This document shows positions 14,441 through 29,972 of a stretch of 64,000 nucleotides of DNA, piece after piece. Each line of letters opens with the position of its first letter. Within the stretch, counting starts at the first letter, position 1. The position numbers were made by a program, and so were the translations under genes. Source of the stretch: Eledone cirrhosa (lineage: Eukaryota); the NCBI GenBank assembly GCA_964016885.1, contig OZ024762.1, positions 16,492,001 through 16,556,000 on the forward strand. The letters are read 5' to 3'. Under the pieces are notes generated by a model. That model did not search any database and was not told the origin of the DNA. It saw nothing but the letters and a program-made list of their open reading frames with translations.

Positions 14441-14843
14441 ATATATATATGTATGTATATGTATATATACGCATAACATACATTATACACATAAAATAAC
14501 TCCAACTCGAAGACCAAAAAAATTTCATTGAACCAGACGACACTATAAACAATAGCGTACTACTTCCTCCCTCTACCATCACTTCCTCCTCCTACACCCC
14601 CACCACTCCCCCTACTCCCACCATCACTTCCTACTCCCTCTTCCCCTTCATCTCTTTAACTTTCCAACTTTATTTACTGAAATGGCGTGAAACTAATATA
14701 CAACCACTTCTCCCCTACCATCTCCAGCTCTCACCATTATCGTCTGCTATTGATGTGTATATATATATGTATATATGTATATATATATATGTATATATAT
14801 ATATGTATATATGTATATATGTATGTATATATGTATATATATG

Positions 14844-14891
<48 letters not shown>

Positions 14892-15267
14892 AACATATAT
14901 ATACAAACATATATATATATATATATATAAACATATATATATAGATATACATGTTTGTATATATATATACAAACATATATAAACATATACATACATATAT
15001 ATATATACACATATACATACATATACATATATACATATATATACATACATATACATATATACATATATATATACATACATACATACATATATACATACAT
15101 GTATATATACATACATATATACACATACACACACATATATATACATATATAATATACACATAATATACACCCATCTCATATATACATACAAGCGCAAACA
15201 TGTACTAATGTTGCATTCACACAGCATGGTAAAAATAATATCACATCCCTGTCTCGCTGAATGAACA

Positions 15268-18246
15268 AATATATATACATAAATATATATATACACAAAT
15301 ATATACATAGGCTCAGATATATAGACATATATATACATAAATATATATATACACAGATATATACATAGGCTCAGATATATAGACATATATATACATAAAT
15401 ATATATATACACAGATATATACATAGGCTCAGATATATAGACATATATATACATGAATATATATATACACAGATATATACATAGGCTCAGATATATAGAC
15501 ATATATATACATGAATATATATATACACAGATATATACATAGGCTCAGATATATAGACATATATATACATGAATATATATATACACAGATATATACATAG
15601 GCTCAGATATATAGACATATATATATATATATAGACACAAATATATACATAGACTCACATATATAGACATACATATATATATATATATAGACACAAATAT
15701 ATACATAGACTCAGATATATAGACATATATATATATAGACATACATATATATAGACACAAATATATACATAGGCTCAGATATATAGACATAGATATATAT
15801 ATATAGACTCATATATAGACATACATATATATATATATATATAGATACAAATATATACATAGACTCAGATATAAAGACATATATATAGACATACATATAT
15901 ATAGACACAAATATATACATAGGCTCAGATATATAGACACAGATATATATAGACATAGATATATATATATATATAGACTCAGATATATAGACATGCATAT
16001 ATATAGACAAATATATATATAGACAAACATATATATAGACACAGATATATAGACATAGATATATACATAGACTCAGATATATAGACATAATTATATATAG
16101 ACATACATATATATAGACACAATTATATACATAGGCTCAGATATATAGACATATATATTTATATATAGACACAGATATATACATAGGCTCAGATATATAG
16201 ACATATATATACATAAATATATATATACACAGATATATACATAGGCTCAGATATATAGACATACATATATATAGACACAAATATATACATAGACTCACAT
16301 ATATAGACATACATATATATATAGACACAAATATCTACATAGACTCAGATATATAGACATATATATATAGACATACATATATATAGACATATATATATAG
16401 ACATACATATATATAGACACAAATATATACATAGGCTCAGATATATAGACACATATATATATATATATAGACTCATATATAGACATACATATATATATAT
16501 AGATACAAATATATGCATAGACTCAGATATAAAGACATATATATAGACATACATATGTATAGACACAAATATATACATAGGCTCAGATATATAGACACAG
16601 ATATATATAGACATAGATATATATATATAGACTCAGATATATAGACATGCATATATATAGACAAACATATATATAGACACAGATATATAGACACAGATAT
16701 ATACATAGACTCAGATATATAGACATAATTATATATAGACATACATATATATAGACACAATTATATACATAGGCTCAGATATATAGACATATATATATAT
16801 ATATATACACAGATATATACATAGGCTCAGATATATAGACATACATATATATATACACAAATATATACATAGACTCACATATATAGACATACATATATAT
16901 ATATATAGACACAAATATATACATAGACTCAGATATATAGACATATATATATAGACATACATATATATAGACACAAATATATACATAGGCTCAGATATAT
17001 AGACACAGATATATATAGACATAGATATATATATATATATATAGACTCAGATATATAGACATGCATATATATAGACAAACATATATAGAGACACAGATAT
17101 ATAGACACAGATATATAGACAAAGATATATACATAGACTCAGATATATAGACATAATTATATATAGACATACATATATATAGACACAATTATATACATAG
17201 GCTCAGATATATAGACATATATATATATATATATATATAGACACAATTATATACATAGGCTCAGATATATAGACATATATATACATAAATATATATATAC
17301 ACAGATATATACATAGGCTCAGATATATAGACATACATATATATATACACAAATATATACATAGACTCACATATATAGACATACATATATATATATATAG
17401 ACACAAATATATACATAGACTCAAATATATAGACATATATATATAGACATACATATGTATAGACACAAATATATACATAGGCTCAGATATATAGACACAG
17501 ATATATATAGACATAGATATATATATATATATAGACTCAGATATATAGACATGCATATATATAGACAAATATATATATAGACAAACATATATATAGACAC
17601 AGATATATAGACATAGATATATACATAGACTCAGATATATAGACATAATTATATATAGACATACATATATATAGACACAATTATATACATAGGCTCAGAT
17701 ATATAGACATACATATATATATACACAAATATATACATAGACTCACATATATAGACATACATATATATATATATAGACACAAATATATACATAGACTAAG
17801 ATATATAGACATATATATATATAGACATACATATATATAGACATATAACATATAGACATACATATATATAGACACAAATATATACATAGGCTCAGATATA
17901 TAGACATAGATATATATATATAGACTCATATATAGACATACATATATATATATAGATACAAATATATGCATAGACTCAGATATAAAGACATATATATAGA
18001 CATACATATATATAGACACAAATATATACATAGGCTCAGATATATAGACACAGATATATATAGACATATATATATATATATATATATAGACTCAGATATA
18101 TAGACATGCATATATATATAGACATACATATATATAGACACAAATATATACATAGACTCAGATATATAGACATATATATATAGACATACATATATATAGA
18201 CACAAATATATACATAGGCTCAGACATATAGACACAGATATATATA

Positions 18247-18293
<47 letters not shown>

Positions 18294-18868
18294 TCAGATA
18301 TATAGACATGCATATATATAGACAAACATATATATAGACAAACATATATATAGACACAGATATATAGACAGATATATAAATAGACTCAGATATATAGACA
18401 TAATTATATATAGACATACATATATATAGACACAATTATATACATAGGCTCAGATATATAGACATATATATTTATATATAGACACTGATATATACATAGG
18501 CTCAGATATATAGACATACACATATATATATATACACAGATATATACATAGGCTCAGATAGATAGACATATATATATATATATATAGACACAATTATATA
18601 TAGACATACATATATATAGACACAATTATATATAGACACAATTATATACATAGGCTCAGATATATAGACATATATATAGACATATATACAGTATATATAG
18701 AGAGAGCTAGGTATATAGACATAAATATATATATATATACACACACAAATATATACGTAGGCTCAGATATATAGACATAATTATATATAGACATACATAT
18801 ATATATAGACATAGATATACATATAGACACGAATGTATATATAGACATATATATACATATAGACACGA

Positions 18869-18875
<7 letters not shown>
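15268..18875. repeat. Complex (TA)-derived minisatellite
   Basis: Recurring atatatacataggctcagatatatagacat modules with period about 60 bp and longer duplicated blocks. Confidence 0.9.
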
Positions 18876-18922
<47 letters not shown>

Positions 18923-19591
18923 AAGGAAGTGTGGTAAGGAACCAGGTGGACCATAACGCACCAGAGTACTCGATACTTTGGGTAGTAGAGTGGGTAATAG
19001 GAAAATAGTCAGGACCCCGACGGCAAAGCTCAAGCCGTTTCGACGGCTATTTCAGTCCAAAAATAACCGTCGAAAGGGCTTGAGCTCTGCCGCCGGGGTC
19101 CTGACTCTTTTCCTATATATATATATATATATGCGCATATAAATATATATATATATGTGTGTGTGTGCATATATATATATATAACATTTATATTTTCTTC
19201 CACATCAAATACAGTTTGGAGTTTGGAGTTTTGACTGATAAATATGGGAGATAACTCTATTTGTATTAAGATACTACACAATTGTTTTTATATAATGTCA
19301 ATGACCTTTCACGATCTTGAGTGATTTTGTATCCTGAATAAATCCTGATATACTTTATATGTGTGTAAAAGTTAAACAGAAATAACAAAACAAACGGCAC
19401 AGTACAGGGAAGGAATATATTAGTTTAATGCTTGAGATAGCAGGAATGTCACTCAATGGTTACATAGGTTTTCGTAGGTTTAGATGCGTGGCTTAGTAGT
19501 TGGGGCGTTAGGATTGTCTAATTCAGTATTGAGTCGTTTTATCATATTGTTGACGTTACACACACGGAGTACAGGAACCCATCATATACAC

Positions 19592-19625
<34 letters not shown>

Positions 19626-19659
19626 GGAGAGAGAGAGAGAGAGAGAGTGTGTGTGTGTG

Positions 19660-20300
19660 TGTAGCTTGGAGATCCGAGTCACTCCGGGTAGAGCCGCTAC
19701 TTCTCCGAATTGAGAGATCACAGATACTATGGGCATGTGGTTAGAATGTCTCTGGAAGAATCGCTGGACAGATTTGTAGCTCAGAGATCAGAGAGTCACT
19801 CCAGGTAGAGCCACTACTCTGAATTGAGAGATGACAGCTCTGATACTATGGACATGTGGTTAGAATGTCTCTGGAAGAATCGCTGGACAGATTTGTAGCT
19901 CAGAGATCAGAGAGTCACTCCAGGTAGAGCCACTACTCTGAATTGAGAGATGACAGCTCTGATACTATGGACATGTGGTTAGAATGTCTCAGGAAGAATC
20001 GCTGGACAGATTTGTAGCTCAGAGATCAGAGAGTCACTCCAGGTAGAGCCACTACTCTGAATTGAGAGATGACAGCTCTGATACTATGGACATGTGGTTA
20101 GAATGTCTCAGGAAGAATCGCTGGGCAGATTTTACGAGTAGAACCAACCGGCAAGAGACCCAGAGGTAGACCCCGAGCAAGATGGTTGGATAATATTCAC
20201 GAGCTTGGTCTTGCATTGGCTGGTCTTGTTTGGGGATCCAAAGAAGGAGTGTTTGAGGACTCTGCTCCCAGGATCCTCTCAGGAATAGGTGGGCGAAGAT
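19660..20300 (+). mobile_element. Second RTE-type 3' fragment with an internal 119-bp tandem amplification
   Basis: Degenerate translation ..YYGHVVRMS..EPTGKRPRGRPRARWLDNI. A 119-bp unit is repeated about 3.7 times (19660-20135). Confidence 0.75.
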
Positions 20301-20314
20301 TATATATATATACA

Positions 20315-20801
20315 CCCACTGCTGACAATAAAAGGTTTCTCCCTACGTTCAAAGGGGCGATTGTATGACGCCTGTGTGCGATGTTGCATGGTAGTGAAAC
20401 ATGGGCTGTGACTGCAGAAGACATGAGTTGAGATGGGGAGAGAGAAATGAAGCAACCATACTTCGTTGGATGTGCAACGTAAATATGAGAGAAAGGAAGA
20501 GTTTGGACGAACTGGGGAAGAAACTGGGTTTAAGAGGAATCTAAAGTGGTGTACAGGAGAGAGAGAAGACTACGTTGGTACGGACATGTGTTGTGCATGG
20601 ATGATGATCACTGGGAGAAGAGATGCCAGGAAATGCCAGTGGAAGGAAGCTGCAGTAGAGGTAGACCAAGAAAGACCTGGACAGAGGTGGTGAGAGCTGA
20701 GAAGGACGAAGGAAAACGAGGCGAGTGGAGAGATGCTGTGCTAAGAAGGACCCGTCCAACCCATGCAAGCGTGGAAAAACAGACGAAAAAACGATGATGA
20801 T
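20315..20801 (+). mobile_element. Degenerate RTE 3' fragment with short 3' end
   Basis: Frameshifted KGFSLRSKGRLYDACV/MLHGSETW/RLRWYGHV/RGRPRKTW; ends cccatgcaagcgtggaaaaacagacg..(gat)n. Confidence 0.85.
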
Positions 20802-20835
20802 ATATATATATACACACAAATATATATATATACAC

Positions 20836-20895
<60 letters not shown>

Positions 20896-21252
20896 TTTTT
20901 TTTTCTCCGTTCTATTCACACCACTTGTCGTCCATTGCTATTCCTCTTTTTCTCTTTGTTTTGTTTGTTTTTCTTCTCTTTAAGGATTAAGCGAATTGTA
21001 AGGGATGAGGGATGTTCATTGGGGGTAAGTACTAGACCCCTGTTGCTATAGAATCCCAAGACATATGTTCAAACAACGGACATAACATATATCTTGTTAT
21101 TTGCCGTTCGACACTCGGGGTGGTCTGTTGGCGGCGGTGACGAGAGTAATGGCGATCACACGGACAACGCCGCCACAATAAACAGACGTATTCTCTTCCA
21201 TAACCTTACAATACTACCTTCACAATTACACACACATACGTCAGTGTATGTA

Positions 21253-21422
<170 letters not shown>

Positions 21423-21526
21423 CATAAAGATATATATATATATACATACACACATATATGTGTGTATGTATATATGTGTGTGTGTATGTGTGTATGTATA
21501 TATATATATACATATATATACATACA

Positions 21527-21566
<40 letters not shown>

Positions 21567-21817
21567 TACATATATATATATATACATATATATATATTAT
21601 CATATATATATATATAACGAAGGAAATGTGGTAAGGAACCAGATGGACCATAACGCACCAGAGTACTCAATACTTAGGGTAGTAGAGTGGGTAATAGGGA
21701 AAAGTATGACCCCGACGGCAGAGCTCAAGCCGTTTTGACGGCTATTTCTGGACTGTATACATATATATATATGCATATAGACATATATATATGTCTCTAT
21801 ATGTATATATATATGTA

Positions 21818-21855
<38 letters not shown>

Positions 21856-21939
21856 CACACACACACATATATACATACACACACATATATGTGTGTGTAT
21901 GTATATATATATATATATATCTTTATGTCTCTCTCTCTC

Positions 21940-21985
<46 letters not shown>

Positions 21986-22074
21986 TGTGTGTATAATATA
22001 TAAAAGAAATACATTTAAATGGATTCATTGGAAAGAATCTTCAAAACATCATGGCATCATCTGTGATTATTATC

Positions 22075-23352
22075 ATGTGTGTATATGTGTGCATTTATGT
22101 ATCTATGTGTGTGTTTCTGTGTGTGTATTTATGTGTGTCTGTGAGTGTGTATATATGTCTGTGTATGTGTGCATTTATGTATCTATGTGTGTGTTTCTGT
22201 GTGTGTATTTATGTGTGTCTGTGAGTGTGTGTATATGTCTGTGTATGTGTGCATTTATGTATCTATGAGTGTGTGTGTGTGTATTTATGTGTGTCTGTGA
22301 GTGTGTATATATGTCTGTGTATGTGTGCATTTATGTATCTATGTGTGTGTGTATTTATGTGTGTCTGTGAGTGTGTATATATGTCTGTGTATGTGTGCAT
22401 TTATGTATCTATGTGTGTGTGTATTTATGTGTGTCTGTGAGTGTGTATATATGTCTGTGTATGTGTGCATTTATGTATCTATGTGTGTATATGTGTATAT
22501 TTATGTGTGTCTGTGAGTGTGTGTATATATCTGTGTATGTGTGCATTTATGTATCTATGTGTGTATATGTGTATATTTATGTGTGTCTGTGAGTGTGTGT
22601 ATATGTCTGTGTATGTGTGCATTTATGTGTGTGTGTGTATTTATGTGTGTCTGTGAGTGTATTTATATGTGTGTGTATTTATGTGTGTCTGTGAGTGTGT
22701 GTATATGTCTGTGTATGTGTGCATTTATGTATCTATGTGTGTATATGTGTGTATTTATGTGTGTCTGTGAGTGTGTGTATATGTCTGTGTATGTGTGCAT
22801 TTATGTATCTATGTGTGTATATGTGTGTATTTATGTGTGTCTGTGAGTGTGTGTATATGTCTGTGTATGTGTGCATTTATGTATCTATGTGTGTATATGT
22901 GTGTATTTATGTGTGTCTGTGAGTGTGTGTATATGTCTGTGTATGTGTGCATTTATGTATCTATGTGTGTGTGTGTGCATTTATGTGTGTCTGTGAGTGT
23001 GTGTATTTATGTGTGTCTGTGTGTGCATGTATTTATCTGTGTGTGTGTATTTATGTGTATCTGTGTGGGTGTGTATTTATGTGTGCATGTGTGTATTTAT
23101 GTGTGTGTATGTGCATATTTATGTGTGTGTGCGTATTTATATGTGTGTGCGTGTGTATTTATATGTGTGTGTGTGTATTTACATGTATGTGTGTGTGTAT
23201 TTATATGTATGTGTGTGTGTATTTATATATATGTGTGTGTGTGTATTTATATGTGTGTGTGTATTTATATGTATGTGTGTGTGTGTATTTATATGTGTGT
23301 GTGTGTGTATTTATATGTGTGTGTGTGTGTATTTATATGTGTGTGTGTGTGT
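22075..23352. repeat. GT-rich ~70-76-bp minisatellite
   Basis: gtgtgtctgtgagtgtgtgtatatgtctgtgtatgtgtgcatttatgtatctat repeated. Confidence 0.88.
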
Positions 23353-24401
23353 AAGAAATGGTAGAGGTGCGAGGCTGTGGGGGTGTGATAAAGACCCAGT
23401 AATGATAATAAACAGAAATAAGGGGGGGTCGTATTGAGGAGGGGGGTAGTGGGGGTAGTAGTGGGGGGGGGGTAGTAGTGTTGGTGGTGGTGGCGGGGTT
23501 GGTAGTGGTGGTGGTGGCGGTGGTAGTAGTGTTGGTGGTGGTGGTGGTGGTAGTAGTGGTGGTGGTGGTAGTGGTGGTGGTGGTGGTGGTGGTAGTGGTG
23601 GTGGTGGAGTGGTGGTGGTGGTGGTGGTGGGGGTGGTTTTTTATGATGGTGGTGGTGGGTGGCAGTAGCTGTAGTGATAGTGATTGAAGTGTTTGTTGTT
23701 TTGGTGGTGGTGGTGGTGGTGGTGGTGGTGGTGTTGAGGTGTTTGTGGTGATGATGATGGTAGTGGGGGTTATGGGGAGTGGTGGTGGTGGTAGTAGTGG
23801 TGGTGGTGGTGGTGGTGGTGGGTGCGTGGTATGATTAATGGTATGGTGTTGGTGGTGGGGCATGGTAGTGGTGATGTTGACGATGGTTGTGATGATGGAG
23901 GGGATGGCGGCAGACGTGTGATGATGGTGGTGGTGGTGGTGATGGTGTTAATGGTCATAATAATTGTTTCTACTTTAGGCACAAGGCCAGCAATCACCCA
24001 GTGTATTACTGGTACTTTATTTTATCGACCCCGTAAGGATGAAAGGCAAAGTTAACCTCGGCAATGATGGTGATGTTGCTGATTACCATCATTAAGCAAG
24101 CAGACCCTCCATCGAAGACATTTCAAACACGACCATCCCATCAATTTCAGGGACATCGAAGACTATCTGAAAGCATCAGTCAATCACTTTATTCCTTAAT
24201 TCAACAAGTAGGCTATTCCATTGTTCGAAACGCTGGAACACTCATCGTCGAATTTGATGGAGATCCATTTATTTATGTATTTATTTATATTATTTTTTAT
24301 ATCAAAGACATGAGGCCTCTCGGAACATTTAGTAATGAAAATTACAGTGTACAGTGCTCAGGTGCACTACAACTCATCAAAGGTGCATGTATAGTATATA
24401 G

Positions 24402-24596
24402 AATAATTGTTTCTACTTTTGGCACAAGGCCAGCAATTACCCCAGTGCATTACTGGTACTTTATTTTATCAACCCTGTAAGGATGAAAGGCAAAGTTAAC
24501 CTCGGCGGGATTTGAACTCAGACCGTAAAGGGCCGTAACTCTATGCAGCAAAGCATGGTGTCCGACCCTCTACCGATACTGCCAATCCACTGCCCT
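24402..24596 (-). mobile_element. Nin/Deu-like SINE nested in a CR1 3' end
   Basis: Same family as 38996-39180; TSD tatagta(t/c)atagaataat on both sides. Partial copies also at about 1748-1888, 11563-11722, 12230-12296 (+), 23960-24062, 43085-43210 and 56846-56922 (+). Confidence 0.88.
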
Positions 24597-24881
24597 TTAT
24601 AGTACATAGAATAATGTATAAATATCAGGGGAGTGAACAGTGTTTGAAACCTGACAAGGACTATTGCTCTAAATAGCTCTGTTCTATACATAGAGCACCC
24701 TTTTTCCTTTGGAATTACCTAACATATATATAGTCTTTATCATTTATCTGTTATTTCTTCGAAGTTACATTTTAAACTTAGCTCCGTTTAAATGATTGTT
24801 TATCTAGTTGATTTCTACAGACTAGGATGAAGAAAAATTGGGTATATTTTATCTAACTGTTCTTCAAACTTGCAATTTTAT

Positions 24882-25171
24882 ATCATCATCATTGTTTAAT
24901 GTCCATTTTCCACGCTAGCATGGGTTTAGACGGGAAATGTCCCACTTGAGGCAAGATTGGTCGTCTCGCTCGTATAGGACTGTCTGGCAGGTTTTCTACG
25001 GCTGGATGCCCTTCCTAACACCAACCACGTTTACAGTGTGGACTGGGAGGTTTTTACCGTGTTACCTACACGGCCACATTACAGCGTGGACTGTGTGTTT
25101 TTTTTTTGTCGGGACACCTACACAACCTCATTTATTTAGGACTGGATGTTGTGGTACCAACATAATTTTAC
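24882..25171 (-). mobile_element. RTE 3' UTR-only copy
   Basis: Same sequence as 13518-13820, with (CAT)n tail. Confidence 0.85.
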
Positions 25172-25438
25172 TGTTGTCTAACCTGATTAGTTTTTTTCGT
25201 TGTTTTGGTATTGTATGGCTGGGTTTTGCCTGCCGCAATTTTCAATTTGTCAAGCTATCTAAACGTAATGTTATTACTCTAAGGACCTACCCTTATTGAG
25301 TGCTTTGCTATTCATTCCTAATTGTAGGTCGACTTTGCTTGGCCACAGCCAAAGCTTCGATTTTACTAAGCTTGATCCCGTTAAGGGTGAAAGCAGCGAT
25401 TCTTTGCTTAAACTTTAATCTGTTATTTTAATAAATAT
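25172..25438 (+). mobile_element. Unclassified TA-terminated repeat, probably a Penelope-type 3' end
   Basis: Homologous to 31885-32415 (interrupted by a MITE) and 9992-10038. Carries a degenerate core ga-tccc-gttaa-gggt-gaaagcagcg. Confidence 0.5.
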
Positions 25439-25440
25439 AT

Positions 25441-25902
25441 ATAATAATAATAATAATGAAATTATTGTGTACAGTGCTCAGGTGCACTACAACTCATCAA
25501 AGGTGCATGTATAGTACATAGAATAATGTACAAATGTCAGGAAAATGAACAGTGTATGAGTCATGATATAATAATAATAATAATAATAATGAAATATTGT
25601 GTACTGTGCCCAGGTGCACCACAACTCATCAAAAAGTGCATGTACAGTACATAGGGCAATGCACAAACACCAGGAAAATGAACAGTGCACGAGTCATGAT
25701 ACACACGTGTGCATGTGTATGGAAGGGGTACATCAGGTGTAGTTTTGACGTATTTCGGGAAGCATGAGTGTCTTAAAGGATGCAGTGTCTCGGCAGTTAA
25801 CAACTGACGCAGGCAGTTTGTTCCATGCTTCAGCAACTCTGAGCGTGAAAAAATGTCTACGAAAGTCATGGGAGCTGTGTTGTTTTCTGATTTTTGTAGG
25901 CA
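25441..25902 (-). mobile_element. Two tandem CR1/L2-clade LINE 3' ends with (ATT)n tails
   Basis: Minus strand reads FFTLRVAEAWNKLPASVVNCRDTASFK, a typical CR1 ORF2 C-terminus. The 3' terminal ~125 nt occurs twice (25441-25568, 25570-25700) and again at 24332-24645. Confidence 0.8.
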
Positions 25903-27274
25903 TATATATATATATATATCAGATATATGTGTATGTGTGAATGCGTGTATACATACTTGTGTGTGTGTGTACATGTTTGTATGTGAGGTTGTGTGTACCA
26001 CACCCTGTGGGTTATGGCCCCACCTCCAATTAACCTGTTGCCTCTTCAAGACATTATTATTCTGTAGGGTTAACCAATAAATATAGAATGGAGGCAGGGT
26101 CCACCTAAATTCCTCTCTTATCAACATTCTGCTGTCTTATCAGGGTGGGAAGGGTCAACTGAGTACATGACACTTCCTTCTTCTTCTTCGCTGCCACCAA
26201 CACCACCACCATTAACACCACCATTAATACCAATATTGTTACCACCACTTCCACCAACACCACCACTACCATTACCACCATCACCACCACCACCATTACC
26301 ACCACCATCACCAACAACGACGCCACCACCACCACCATTACCACCATCACCACCACCACCATTACCACCACCATCACCAACAACAACGCCACCACCACCA
26401 CCACCATTACCTCTACTACCACCACCATTACCACCATCACCACCACCACCACCACCATCACCAACAACAATGCCACCACCACCATTACCGCTACTACCAC
26501 CACCAACACCATCACCTCCACTATAACCATTACCACTACCACCACCACCACCACCATTACCTCTACTACCACCACCATTATCTCCACCACCACCACCATA
26601 ACCTCCACTATAACCATTACCACTACCACCACCACCACCACTACCTTTACTACCACCACCACAACCATTACCTCTACTACCACCACCATTACCACTACCA
26701 CCACCACCACCACCATTACCACCACTACCACCACCATTTTATCCACCACCACCACCATCACCTCCACTATAACCATTACCACCACCAACACCAACACCAC
26801 TACCACCACCACCATTACCTCTACTACCACCACCAACACCACTACCACCACCATTATCTCCACCACCACCAATATCACCTCCACTATAACCATTACCACT
26901 ACCACCACCACCACCATTACCACTACCACCACCAACACCACTACCACCAACACCACCACCACCACCACCACCACCATTATTTACTTCCAAATATACATAT
27001 TTTTTCTTTTCTTTGAAGAATGAGAATTCCTTCTACAAAGAATGTGATTCTCTTTTCCGTGTATGTGTGTATGTGTACACATACACACATACATCATAAA
27101 CACACACATACTTTATATATATATATATATATACACATATGTATGTGTGGTGTGTACATGTACACATACACCATAAACATTTATACACATACTTTACATG
27201 TTTATATATATATATATGTATGTATACACACATATATATATACATGTGTTTATATATATATGTATACACACAAA

Positions 27275-27315
<41 letters not shown>

Positions 27316-27508
27316 TTATGTATAGATATACAAGCATGTGCACACACACAGACACGCATATATATATATATATAATACACATGAATGCTTATATATATAT
27401 ATGCATGTATATGTATATATGTATGTGTATATATATATGTATATATATGTGTGTATATAATATATGAATGCTTATATATGTATCTATATATATATATATG
27501 TATGTATA

Positions 27509-27587
<79 letters not shown>

Positions 27588-27600
27588 GTATGTACATGGT

Positions 27601-27660
<60 letters not shown>

Positions 27661-27714
27661 ACGTGTGTGTGTATGTATATGGTGTATGTGTATATATGTA
27701 TATATATGTACATG

Positions 27715-27758
<44 letters not shown>

Positions 27759-28754
27759 TATATATATATATAACAAAAAAAAACAAGATGTAGAAAAGAA
27801 GACAATGAAAGCAGGCAGAAATCAACTCTTAACTCCAACTACTCCAACAATTCCCTGTTGGAGACTACCGACCCTGTCTGACCTCTTACAAGTCAGAGAT
27901 GTATCCGACAGTTTGAACAAGAACGCCAGTAAAAACACCGTTATGTCTCAAAACAAAGCTTTCTGTTGTTAAACAAAATGGCTGCCGGACCTTTTAAACA
28001 GCTGGTGTCATCATTCCTAGCAGACGACTTTCTAGGGTTGCTCACCATTGAGTCTACCATCCTGCTGGCATTAAAAACAATTTCAACAATATCTTGGCTT
28101 CTTAAATAAACTACATCTTGCCGTCGTTTCTTTATGTTGTTCGCTTTCTTAAGCTTTCGATTTCAATTTGTAATAGTAAGCTTTTGTTTTCTTTCATTTC
28201 TCTTGGTTTTAACCGCGTCTTTATTTATTTATTTATTCTCTAACCCGCGCCATTTTATATTATTTTACTTTTTTTGTTCCTTAAATCATCAATTCTTTTC
28301 TTCCCTTATCTATTTCTTATTTCATTTCAAATTCTTTCTTTTTTTCCCCTGTATCTCTGTATCATTAACTCTTCTGTTTTCTTTGTCTCTAAAATATTCA
28401 CTCGTATTACCTATTTTCTGTGTTGTTTTCTTCTTAGGCGGCAAATTGAATACCAAAATTTCTGACTGATCATCACCGTCGAGACTTCTGGGGTTCTCCA
28501 TAATCCCACAAACTGTCGTTTTCCTCCGGGACTTCAACAAACTGCTCCCATTACATGTCCGTCGCCAACGAGAACTCTGATGTTCTCCTCGGTCCACGAA
28601 CTGCCATTGTTTCCAGGACTTTGAATATATATATATTTTTTTATTTGTACCCCTTCCACCGTTTTTCCTCCCTTTTCTCTCCCCGCCCCCCTTTTTTTTC
28701 TAAATGTCTCTCCCTCACTCCCCCACACACCCTCGGAACTCTCTTCCTACCCAA

Positions 28755-28792
28755 TTTTCTCCTGATGAAGGGTTTATGCCTGAAACGTCCCC
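28755..28792 (+). ncRNA. Minimal hammerhead ribozyme motif (same family as 8141)
   Basis: CUGAUGA-a-GGGU-uuau-GCCU-GAAACGUC, then aataaacctttatttgtactgcctc.. ending in (TA)n at about 28875. Confidence 0.7.
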
Positions 28793-29048
28793 CCCCCCCC
28801 ACTCTCAAGAGCGTGAACCTAATAAACCTTTATTTGTACTGCCTCTCTGTTTTTGTTCCTGTCCAAGTTTTCACTATATATATATGTATGTGTATATATA
28901 TATATATATGTATGTGTGTATATATATATATATTTGTAGAACACTGGGACGAATTTGGTAGAAGTAGTTCCACAACAGTTAATTCACCATACCGAGAACA
29001 AATGTTTCACCTTGTTGGGATCCTCAGCTCAACCTAAATTAAATTAGT

Positions 29049-29089
29049 CTGAGCTGATGATCTGAATAAGGTGAAACATTTGTTCTCGG
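29049..29089 (+). ncRNA. Type I hammerhead motif, with an inverted twin at 28992-29032 (-)
   Basis: cugag-CUGAUGA-ucugaauaaggu-GAA-ACA-uu-UGU-U-cucgg. Stems I and III pair; stem II is weak. Confidence 0.65.
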
Positions 29090-29512
29090 TATGGTGGAAC
29101 TACTTCTATATATATATATATATATATGAATAAAGTTAGTCCTTCATCAGTGATCTTCCAACCATCATTGGTATTTCATCGCTTTAAAGACCATATACCT
29201 CCGGTTGGTGTGAGCAACGGCTAAAAAAAGTCGTTGGGACACGTAAATAAAGGGGACACGAGAGTGTACACAAACAAAAATGGTGAAGCAACGAAAAGTG
29301 AGGAAGAAAGAATCAAATCCCAAATTTCCATGAATATAAGTTCGGTGAAATCGTGAACGAGAGAGAATAAAGACCATCAAACCTGGTTGGAATGTGAGCA
29401 AGGAAGGAATTCCGTACAGGTCTAACGGGAGGAAGAAGGAATCTGGTCTGTGAATTTGGTGAACGTAAGTTCTGTGAAATCATAGACGAGAGAGAGATAT
29501 TCTCATATATAT

Positions 29513-29852
29513 ATCATCATCATCATTTTACGTCCGCTTTTCCCTGCTTGCAAGGGTAGGACGGGAACTGATTCTGGCTTGATTTCTACAGCTGGATGCC
29601 CTTCCTAACACCAACCTCATTTACAGTGAGTGCTGGGTGCTTTTATGCCGTGGCACCTCCACGACCACTTTGCAGTGGAATGATAGGGACCCCAGTCCCT
29701 ATCATCTCATTTCTACAGCTGAGTAAACTGGAGCAATGTGAAATAAAGTGTCTTGCTCAAGGAAACAACACATCACCCAGTCTGAGAATTGAATGAACTC
29801 ACAACCTTTCGATTGCAAGGCCAATGCTCTAACCACTAAGCCATGTGCCTCC
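29513..29852 (-). mobile_element. Full-length tRNA-derived SINE with RTE-type tail
   Basis: Minus strand: A box tggcttagtgg, B box-like gagttca..attc, body ccttgagcaagacacttt, then ggtgttaggaagggcatccagctgtagaaa and (GAT)n tail. Confidence 0.85.

Positions 29853-29972
<120 letters not shown>

Noticed and set aside
29770-29852. tRNA gene
   Set aside because: A/B boxes are present but there is no intact cloverleaf, and the sequence continues into a SINE body and tail.
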